This document shows, in pieces, positions 10,591 to 17,617 of a stretch of DNA of 64,000 bases. The translations under genes were made by a program, and so were the position numbers. Numbering within the stretch: position 1 is the first letter of the stretch; each line of letters starts with the position of its first letter. The notes beneath the pieces are model-generated. The model was not told the origin of the DNA and did no database searches. It worked only from the letters and a program-made list of their open reading frames with translations. The stretch is from an uncultured Thalassospiraceae bacterium (GTDB lineage Bacteria > Pseudomonadota > Alphaproteobacteria > Rhodospirillales > 2-02-FULL-58-16), in NCBI GenBank assembly GCA_964632795.1, contig CAZWEZ010000005.1, positions 314 to 64,313 on the forward strand, read 5' to 3'.

Positions 10591-11638
10591 ATACCAAGGG
10601 GTTGTTGCCCCGCATCCCGGGGCCCCAGATGTCGCTCAGGGTGAAGCCCTCGGGGAAGGGGTCCTCAGGGTCGAGGCCGAACTCGTGGGTCGCGAAGATC
10701 CAGGCGCTCCCGGTGATCCGCGGCACGATGGCCGGGCGCCCGGCGACCTCGGCGGTCCGCGCCACCCGGGCCGCGAAGCGGGTGCCGATCACCGATTCGA
10801 AGGTCAGGGTTTGGCCCGCCGCCACCTCGCCCCGGACGCTCATCGCCGCCAGCCGGGCGCTGATCCCGGTGCCGCAGGGGCAGCGGTCGAGGCGTCCCGG
10901 CGAGATCACCACGGCGTTGCGCCGCGCGCCGTCGGTCGCCGACGGCGGGCCGGCGAACTGGGCGAAGGTGACGTCGCGGATGTCCGGGTTGTCGGGGTGG
11001 CGGACGTCGTAGCGCTGGCCCGCCGCGGCCTTGATCCGCTCGCCCATGTCGACCATGTCGCGGGCCTCGTCGGGAGTCATCGCGAAGCCCAGCGACGGCC
11101 CGTCGACGGTGGCGAAGAAGGCCCCGCCGTAGGCGATGTTGATCGCCATCGTGGGCTGGTCGGCGACCTCGAGGGGGGCCTCCAGGCGGTCGACGAACGA
11201 CGGCACGTTGTCGAGCGTCACGCTCTCGCAGCGGCCGTCGCGGCAGGCGGCGAGGACCGACACCAGGCCGGCCGGGGTGTCGAGCACGAGACGGGTCTCG
11301 GGCTCCTCCATGGGCAGGATGCCGGTCTCCAGCAGGACCGTGGTCACGCACATGACGTTGGAGCCCGACATCGCCGGATAGTCGGTCGATTCCATGACGA
11401 TCATCCCGGCGTCGGCCTCGGGCACACTCGGCGGCAGGATCAGGTTGACCGACACCCCGGGGCCGCCCCGGGGCTCGAACAGGATGAAGCGGCGCAGCGA
11501 ATCGTCGTTGTTCTGGAGGTGCTGGCGCTTGTCGAACATGGTGCGCCCGGGGACCTCGAGCACGCCCCCGGTGATGACCCGGCCGTTCTCGCCCTCGGCG
11601 TGGGCGTCGACCACGGTTATCCTGCGTTTCCAGCGCAT
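10589..11638 (-). CDS. Proline racemase superfamily protein (4-hydroxyproline epimerase / hydroxyproline dehydratase-like)
   Basis: The start MRWKRRITVVDAHAEGENGRVITGG is at CAT 11636-11638. The family motif DRCPCGTGISARLA is present. The position of the first catalytic Cys reads AMSGSN, which is Ser. Confidence 0.85.
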   Translation of the reverse strand: MRWKRRITVVDAHAEGENGRVITGGVLEVPGRTMFDKRQHLQNNDDSLRRFILFEPRGGPGVSVNLILPPSVPEADAGMIVMESTDYPAMSGSNVMCVTTVLLETGILPMEEPETRLVLDTPAGLVSVLAACRDGRCESVTLDNVPSFVDRLEAPLEVADQPTMAINIAYGGAFFATVDGPSLGFAMTPDEARDMVDMGERIKAAAGQRYDVRHPDNPDIRDVTFAQFAGPPSATDGARRNAVVISPGRLDRCPCGTGISARLAAMSVRGEVAAGQTLTFESVIGTRFAARVARTAEVAGRPAIVPRITGSAWIFATHEFGLDPEDPFPEGFTLSDIWGPGMRGNNPLV

Positions 11639-11989
11639 CGCCCCTCCCCTTCCCGGCGCTCCCGGAGGGCCCCGGAAGGGACATCGCCATTGCCTCCCTG
11701 TACCATGGGCCGGAAACCTGTTGTACAGGGAAATGAGTTCAACCCACAATGAAACGGGACGGGATGAGGGACATCGGGAGCATTACGGGACTTTGCGGAG
11801 ATCGAGAGCCCCCGGGAATCGCTCCCAGACCCTCGAAAATTAGAATCATCTTGATTTACCCTCGGGCCCATCGCTAGGCTACGACCGCTACGGAGTGGAA
11901 CAGGTGGGCGTCGAGACCGAACATAAGGCCTTGAAAACCCTTCCGAATATGATCAGGGACGGAACCAGGCAAGGGGCAGGGGCGAGAAA

Positions 11990-12094
11990 TCAAAAGACGT
12001 AGAATGACAGGATCAGAACGATCACGATCGCGTTGACGACCATTCCCGTGAAAATCACGATGTCGGCCGGGGAGATTTTCTTGGTGAACCTCAT
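11990..12094 (-). CDS. Possible 34-aa hydrophobic peptide (MRFTKKISPADIVIFTGMVVNAIVIVLILSFYVF)
   Basis: An ATG..TGA ORF below the 60-aa track cut-off with one clear TM segment. It has no convincing Shine-Dalgarno sequence and is divergent from the 12169 operon. Confidence 0.2.
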   Translation of the reverse strand: MRFTKKISPADIVIFTGMVVNAIVIVLILSFYVF

Positions 12095-12168
12095 GGGGTG
12101 GACGCTAGGTTATCCGGGTTGGCGTTGTCAATCCGCAGTGAGGGACTGAACAAGGGGAAACCGCGAAG

Positions 12169-12276
12169 ATGAACGGCGAAGGAAACGAAGACTCGAAATA
12201 TCCATGGGCGGGACCGGTTCTGTTCGGCGTCGTCCTGGTCGCCGTGATCGCCTTCTTCTGGTGGTTCCTCGGCTGA
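12169..12276 (+). CDS. Mini membrane protein, 35 aa (MNGEGNEDSKYPWAGPVLFGVVLVAVIAFFWWFLG)
   Basis: An ORF found by hand, below the track cut-off. It has a single TM helix and is first in a chain of closely spaced co-directional genes. Confidence 0.45.
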   Translation: MNGEGNEDSKYPWAGPVLFGVVLVAVIAFFWWFLG

Positions 12277-12296
12277 CGGAGAGGGAGGAGACCGAG

Positions 12297-12413
12297 ATGA
12301 AAGGGTACGCGGTGCCGTTCGCCATCGCCTTCGTGGTCTGCGGGGCGGCCTTCTTCGTCATGGACTACGCGGTGATGAACGTCCAGGGGCTGTCCCTGTT
12401 CTTTGAAAACTGA
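12297..12413 (+). CDS. Mini membrane protein, 38 aa (MKGYAVPFAIAFVVCGAAFFVMDYAVMNVQGLSLFFEN)
   Basis: GAGGGAGGAG (12281-12290) lies 6 nt upstream of ATG 12297. The product has a single TM helix and ends 28 nt before the CydA-like gene. Confidence 0.55.
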   Translation: MKGYAVPFAIAFVVCGAAFFVMDYAVMNVQGLSLFFEN

Positions 12414-12441
12414 CGCCATCTCGAGAGGAAGGCAAACTGAG

Positions 12442-14250
12442 ATGAGGGATCGTCTGGCGAAAACCGGCTGGCTGGCGTTGGCGTTGGTCCTGGCCGTGCT
12501 GGTGTTGGGCGGCGGCATCGAAGCCGTCGCCGCCGAGTCGGCCGCCGAGACGGTGGCCGAAGCCGAAGCGCCGCCCCTCTACGCCCCCGCGCCCCGGTTG
12601 AGCGTGGCCGACTACCCGACCATCGCCGGCGTCAATTCGCGGGTCGTGGTGTGGCTGGTCGCCCAGTTGCACCTGTGGTTCGCAGCCTTCGTGCTGGCGG
12701 TGCCGATCTTCGTCTTCATCATCGAGGCGATCGGCATGAAGACCCGGGACAAGCGCTTCGACGACATGGCCTACGAGTTCATCAAGGTCTCGATCACCGC
12801 CTATTCGCTGACCGCGATCTCGGGCGGTCTGCTGGTCTTCTCGCTGCTGATCTTCTATCCCCACCTGTTCCTCTACCTGTCGACGATCTTCAAGGAGACG
12901 ATGTTCTACTACGCGATCCTGTTCTTCGCCGAGAGCGCCTTCCTCTACATCTACTACTACGGTTGGCACTGGCTGCAGGGGGGATTCCGCAAGTGGGTGC
13001 ACCTGACCCTGGGGCTGCTGCTCAACGCCGTCGGCACGTTGCTGATGTTCCTGGCCAACGCCTGGCTGACCTTCATGATGAGCCCGGCCGGGGTCGATGC
13101 GGCCGGGGTCTTCGGCGGCGACACCATGGTTTCGATCCACAACTACCTGTGGAACCCCTTCAACCTTCACCGGTTCATCGCCAACATCGCCTACGGCGGC
13201 TCCATCGTCGGCGCCTACGCCGCCTTCAGGTTCCTGAGCGCGACGGCGCGCGACCAGAAGGCCCACTACGACTGGATGGGCTACAACGCCAACTTCATCG
13301 CCATCTCGGCGCTGTTGCCGCTGCCGTTCGCCGGTTATTACCTGTCGGCCGAGTTCTACGCCTACAGCCAGCAGATGGGGATCACCCTGATGGGCGGCAT
13401 CTTCGCCTGGATGTTCATCATCCAGGCGGTGCTGATCGGCGCCCTGTTCCTGTCGGCCAACTATTACCTGTGGTGCGGGATGGGGCGCAGCGACGGGGCG
13501 GTCCGCTACAACAAGTACATCAAGTACATCGCGGTGGTGATCGTGGCCTCGTTCCTGGTCTGGTTCACCCCCCACACCCTGGTCCTGACGAATGAGGAAC
13601 TGAAGGCGCTGGGCGGGCCGTATCACAAGTACATCGGCCCGCTGGGCATCATGCCGGCCAAGAACACGGCGGTGAACCTGATGATCCTGTTCACCTTCGT
13701 CAGCTTCGTGATCTACCGGCGCTGCAACAAGGTCGCCACGGTGTCGTGGGTCAAGGCCGGCAACGCCTTCCTTGTGGCGCTGTTCGCCACCGGCATCATC
13801 AACCTGTTCATCCTCGGCATCTACCACGGCTACTTCACCAACACCGTCTACAAGGTCGCGTCCTCCTGGCCACAGGTCGTCACCACCCTGATCATCATCG
13901 TCGTCACCGTCGTCGTCGACAACCTGATGTACAAGGGGGCCAGGGAGGTCGCTCCCCTCCAGTGGGGCCGGGTTCCCGCGCGCTCGCAGTACGCCCTGTT
14001 CCTGCTGGCGGTGGCCTTCACCTGGCTGATGGGGCTGATGGGGTATGTCCGCTCGGGCATCCGCCAGCACTGGCACGTGGTCGACATCATGCGCGACAAC
14101 TCGACCGAAGCCTTCACCCCGACCATAAGGTACGCGACCAACGTGGTTTCGGTGGGCACGGTCATCTTCATGGCCCTGGTCATCTTCGTGTTCTGGCTGA
14201 GCCAGGTCGGCGGCCGCAAGACGGTTCCCGCCGGCTACTGGAAGGAATAG
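12442..14250 (+). CDS. Cytochrome bd subunit I-like (CydA-like) polytopic membrane protein, orphan (no CydB partner)
   Basis: ATG 12442 follows GAGAGGAAGG. Helix-1 has a His motif (VAQLHLWFAAFVLAVPIF). An FFAESAFLYIYYYGW segment resembles the CydA FFLE..F..FGW segment. ANAWLTFMMSPAG resembles NSWMQ.P.G, and NPFNLHRFIANIAYGG is also present. The product is ~602 aa. The next ORF is a cytochrome c, not cydB. Confidence 0.75.
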   Translation: MRDRLAKTGWLALALVLAVLVLGGGIEAVAAESAAETVAEAEAPPLYAPAPRLSVADYPTIAGVNSRVVVWLVAQLHLWFAAFVLAVPIFVFIIEAIGMKTRDKRFDDMAYEFIKVSITAYSLTAISGGLLVFSLLIFYPHLFLYLSTIFKETMFYYAILFFAESAFLYIYYYGWHWLQGGFRKWVHLTLGLLLNAVGTLLMFLANAWLTFMMSPAGVDAAGVFGGDTMVSIHNYLWNPFNLHRFIANIAYGGSIVGAYAAFRFLSATARDQKAHYDWMGYNANFIAISALLPLPFAGYYLSAEFYAYSQQMGITLMGGIFAWMFIIQAVLIGALFLSANYYLWCGMGRSDGAVRYNKYIKYIAVVIVASFLVWFTPHTLVLTNEELKALGGPYHKYIGPLGIMPAKNTAVNLMILFTFVSFVIYRRCNKVATVSWVKAGNAFLVALFATGIINLFILGIYHGYFTNTVYKVASSWPQVVTTLIIIVVTVVVDNLMYKGAREVAPLQWGRVPARSQYALFLLAVAFTWLMGLMGYVRSGIRQHWHVVDIMRDNSTEAFTPTIRYATNVVSVGTVIFMALVIFVFWLSQVGGRKTVPAGYWKE

Positions 14251-14256
14251 GGGGCG

Positions 14257-15084
14257 ATGGGAAACTTCCTCAGGGTGGTCGTCTTCAGCCTCATCACCAT
14301 CGTCTTGTTCGCCGGCTATTCCGGGTGGGGGATCCCGCAGATCAAACCGGCGCCCCCGCCCAAGGAGGAAAAGCTGGACCTCGGCGCCATGACCATGGAC
14401 CGCTTCATCGCCCTGGGGGAGAAGATCTACAAGGGCAAGGGGACCTGCACGCTGTGCCACAACGAGCTGGGCCGGGCGCCGATGCTGGACAATGCCGCCG
14501 CGACCGCCGCCGAGCGGCTGGCCGATCCCGGATACCAGGGCACGGCCGAAACCGTCGAGGAATTCCTTTACGAGTCCATGGTCGATCCCACGGCCTACGT
14601 GGTCGCCGGCTTCGGCAAGAAGGGCACCAACGACACGGTCAGCCCGATGACAGACGTGTCGGCCGGCAGCACCCGGCTGTCGGAGGCCGAAATCAGCGCC
14701 CTCATCGCCTACCTCCAGGACCTGGCCGGGGCCGAGGTGACGGTGGAGATTCCGACCGGCGTCGCCGAAGACGACGGCGAGGAAGACGGCGAGGAGGGCG
14801 AGGCCAGGGCGCCCCTCGAGAGCGCCGAGGAGGTGATCGAGGAATTCGCCTGCGGCATTTGCCACGTCATCGCTGGCGAGGAAGGGGAGTTGGGTCCCGA
14901 CCTGTCGAAGATCGGCGCCGACAGGGACCGCGACTTCCTGCGCCGCTCCATCCTCGACCCCAACGCCGAGCTCACCGAGGGCTTCGAGGAGGATATGATG
15001 CCCCCCGACTACGGCGAACAGATGTACGCCAAGGAACTGGAAATGCTGCTGGATTACATGGCCGGGTTGAAAGAGGGGGAATGA
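14257..15084 (+). CDS. Membrane-anchored dihaem cytochrome c with acidic linker
   Basis: There is an N-terminal TM anchor, two CXXCH motifs (CTLCH, CGICH) and an EDDGEEDGEEGE linker. The stop overlaps the next start (ATGA at 15081-15084). Confidence 0.85.
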   Translation: MGNFLRVVVFSLITIVLFAGYSGWGIPQIKPAPPPKEEKLDLGAMTMDRFIALGEKIYKGKGTCTLCHNELGRAPMLDNAAATAAERLADPGYQGTAETVEEFLYESMVDPTAYVVAGFGKKGTNDTVSPMTDVSAGSTRLSEAEISALIAYLQDLAGAEVTVEIPTGVAEDDGEEDGEEGEARAPLESAEEVIEEFACGICHVIAGEEGELGPDLSKIGADRDRDFLRRSILDPNAELTEGFEEDMMPPDYGEQMYAKELEMLLDYMAGLKEGE

Positions 15085-15875
15085 GGACGATGTGGATTCT
15101 CAGCTTGTTCCGGGCCAGGTTGCTCCAGGCGATCCTGGTCCTGGTCGGGATTTACGTCGCCTTCATCGTCGTCTTCGATTATCTGCTCGGCGAGGTGATC
15201 CCCTCCAGCCTGCTGAACATGTACATGTTCTTCGCGGCGGCCGGGGTGTTCATGGTCTTCACCTTCACCGAGGAGGGGGCCCGCGAGATGGTGGCGCCGA
15301 TCAAGGCGCTGGTCGAGGATTCGTCCCGGAAGGTGATCCGCAACGTGGTTTTCGCGATCGTCCCCCTGGTGGCCGGGGCTTACGCCTACATGCAGATGCT
15401 GCCCGGCCTGGAGGCGCCGCTCGAGCTGCGCTCCATCCATCCGGCGCCGCCGACGACGGCCAAGATGTTCGGCAAGCGTTTCGACCTGCAGACCCTGGAG
15501 AACCCGTACCGCAAGTTCGAGAAGGAGGACCCGGAGAAGTTCCGCCAGCTGGTCGCCGCGGGGGCCGAGGTGTACATCGAGAACTGCCACTTCTGCCATG
15601 GCGACAAGCTCGACGGCAAGGGTCCCTACGCGGCGGGTCTGAACCCGATCCCTCTCAGTTTCCAGGACATCGGGACCATCGCCCAGTTGCAGGAATCCTA
15701 CCTCTTCTGGCGGATCACCACCGGCGGCCCCGGCCTGCCCGAGGAGGCGGCGCCGTGGATTTCGTCGATGCCGATCTGGGAGGACTTCCTGAGCGAGGAT
15801 GAGATCTGGAAGGTGATCCTGTTCCTCTACGACTACACCGGCCACCGGCCGCGGGCCTGGGGGGAGCACGAGTGA
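15081..15875 (+). CDS. Three-TM membrane protein with C-terminal monohaem cytochrome c domain
   Basis: The start is MRTMWILSLFRARLLQAILVLVGIYVAF. There is one CXXCH (CHFCH) followed by LFWRITTGGPG...MPIW. The upstream part of ORF 13746..15875 is an artefact. Confidence 0.8.
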   Translation: MRTMWILSLFRARLLQAILVLVGIYVAFIVVFDYLLGEVIPSSLLNMYMFFAAAGVFMVFTFTEEGAREMVAPIKALVEDSSRKVIRNVVFAIVPLVAGAYAYMQMLPGLEAPLELRSIHPAPPTTAKMFGKRFDLQTLENPYRKFEKEDPEKFRQLVAAGAEVYIENCHFCHGDKLDGKGPYAAGLNPIPLSFQDIGTIAQLQESYLFWRITTGGPGLPEEAAPWISSMPIWEDFLSEDEIWKVILFLYDYTGHRPRAWGEHE

Positions 15876-17398
15876 TGGTTGCCAGACGCTTTGCGTGGAT
15901 GATCACGGCGGCCCTGCTGGCGGGGGCGCCGGCTCATGGGGCGCCGGGCGACGCCGAGCGGGGAGAGGAGATCTACGTCAAGCGGTGCATGAACTGCCAC
16001 GGCGAGGAGGGCGACGGCCTGGGCCCGGGCGCCGAGCGGCTCAACCCGCCGCCCCGGGACTTCACGCTGGGCCTGTACAAGATCAAGACCACCGGCTTCG
16101 ACGATCCGGTGCCCAACGACGCCGACATCTACCGGATGATCGAGGTCGGCATGCCGGGGACCTCGATGCCCGGCTGGGGCGACGTGCTGTCCGAACAGGA
16201 GATATTGGACCTGGTCGCCTACCTCAAGGTATTCGCCGAACTGGAGGAGGAGGAACCCACCGAGCAGCTCGACTACGGCACCGCCGTAGCCTCTTCGGCC
16301 GACAGCATCGAGATCGGCCGCAAGCTGTTCCTGGACGGCGATCGGTGCTCCGAATGCCACGGCGTGGACGGCCGGGGAGACGCCATCAAGAAGCTCAAGG
16401 ACGACAACGGTGAGAGGACCTGGCCGCGCAACCTGACCAAGCCCTGGACCTTCATCGCCGGCAACGATCCCAAGGAGATCTTCGCCCGCATCTCGGTCGG
16501 CATCCCGGGCACCCAGATGCCGTCCTTCGCCGACCCCAAGAGCAAGAAGAAGCTGAGCGTCGAGGAGCGCTGGCACATCGCCAACTTCACCGCCTCGCTG
16601 GCCGACCCCGCCAAGACGGTACGGGCCGAGAAGACGGTGATCAAGGCGGCCAAGATCGACGGCGAGCTGCCCTCCGGACCCGAGGACCCCGCGTGGGCGG
16701 CGATCGAGGCGGTGAACTTCTTCATGGTCCCCCAGATGTTCCTCGAGGAACGGTTCTTCACCCCGTCCAACGACACCGTCTCGGCGCGCGCCCTCTACAA
16801 CGACCGGGCCATCGCCTTCCTGCTCGAATGGGACGACCGCACCCGGAGCACGCCCGGCGACGCGGCGGCGGAGAAGATCGCCGACCCCGGGATCGCCGAG
16901 GACGGGATCGCCATCCAACTGCCGGTGAGCATTCCCGAGGACATGGAGAAGCCCTATTTCGTGATGGGCGACGCCGCCGACCCGGTCAATTTCTGGCACT
17001 GGCGCGGGGGCACCGCCGAGGAGCCCGAGAGCGTCGCCCTGTACAACGCCAGAGGTCTCGCCGAGGTCGAGGAACGGGACGCCGCGGCGGCCGGCATCGC
17101 CGCCAAGGGAGCCTACAAGGCCGGCACCTGGCGGGTGATGATGACCAGGGAGCTGACCACCTCCGATGCCGAGAACGACCTCCAGTTCGAGGAGGGCCGG
17201 TTCATCCCCATCGCCTTTTCCGCCTGGGACGGCTCCAACAGCGAACGGGGCTCCAGGCGCACCGTGTCCACCTGGTACTGGCTGCTTCTCGAACCGTCGG
17301 TCGGCTCCAAGCCGATCGTCGCCGCGCTGATCGTCATCGTCCTGCTGCTCGGCGCCGAGCTGTGGTGGGCCCGCAGCGCGACGCGCAAAGGGACCTGA
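15875..17398 (+). CDS. Dihaem cytochrome c fused to an EB_dh (ethylbenzene-dehydrogenase gamma / DOMON-like haem-binding) domain, with C-terminal TM anchor
   Basis: A signal peptide is present. The haem motifs are CMNCH and CSECH. The C-terminal half (FFMVPQMFLEERFFTP...LLEWDD...IAIQLP...NFWHWRGG...GTWRVMMTREL...FSAWDGSNSERGSRRTVSTWYWL) matches my recollection of the EB_dh family. The start is GTG 15872 or ATG 15875, overlapping the upstream stop. Confidence 0.8.
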   Translation: MVARRFAWMITAALLAGAPAHGAPGDAERGEEIYVKRCMNCHGEEGDGLGPGAERLNPPPRDFTLGLYKIKTTGFDDPVPNDADIYRMIEVGMPGTSMPGWGDVLSEQEILDLVAYLKVFAELEEEEPTEQLDYGTAVASSADSIEIGRKLFLDGDRCSECHGVDGRGDAIKKLKDDNGERTWPRNLTKPWTFIAGNDPKEIFARISVGIPGTQMPSFADPKSKKKLSVEERWHIANFTASLADPAKTVRAEKTVIKAAKIDGELPSGPEDPAWAAIEAVNFFMVPQMFLEERFFTPSNDTVSARALYNDRAIAFLLEWDDRTRSTPGDAAAEKIADPGIAEDGIAIQLPVSIPEDMEKPYFVMGDAADPVNFWHWRGGTAEEPESVALYNARGLAEVEERDAAAAGIAAKGAYKAGTWRVMMTRELTTSDAENDLQFEEGRFIPIAFSAWDGSNSERGSRRTVSTWYWLLLEPSVGSKPIVAALIVIVLLLGAELWWARSATRKGT

Positions 17399-17446
17399 GC
17401 AGGAGACCGGACGATGGCCGAAGACCAACCCAGGAAAGGGGTCAAG

Positions 17447-17617
17447 ATGCGCATCTTCGGGGTCATCCTGATCTTCGTCGGGGTGCTCGACGGGATGCTG
17501 GCGTGGCGCGGCGGCTTCCAGCTCAGCGGCTTCTACGTGGTGCTGTTCGCCTCCGGGGTCCTGCTGTTCGCGCTGGGCGCCGTCAGGGGCCGGCGGCGGC
17601 CGGAGGAGTCCCGGTGA
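17447..17617 (+). CDS. Small two-TM membrane protein (56 aa from ATG 17447; 67 aa if ATG 17414)
   Basis: The product begins MRIFGVILIFVGVLDGMLAWRGG...VVLFASGVLLFALGAV. The stop overlaps the GTG start of the next gene (GTGA at 17614-17617). Confidence 0.5.
   Translation: MRIFGVILIFVGVLDGMLAWRGGFQLSGFYVVLFASGVLLFALGAVRGRRRPEESR

Noticed and set aside
10588-10601. An identical 14-mer, cttataccaagggg, occurs at the GS-stub/racemase junction (10588-10601) and upstream of the methyltransferase gene (57330-57343). The 9-mer ataccaagg also starts the 33-bp TIR at 32971 and occurs at the nnrS/crp junction (29516). This looked like a shared recombination or att site.
   Set aside because: A rough estimate of N^2/4^14 for N=64,000 on both strands gives on the order of ten or more chance 14-mer coincidences per window under uniform composition. 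A given 9-mer is expected about 0.5 times. There is no extended similarity beyond the word, so it is not evidence for a repeat family.
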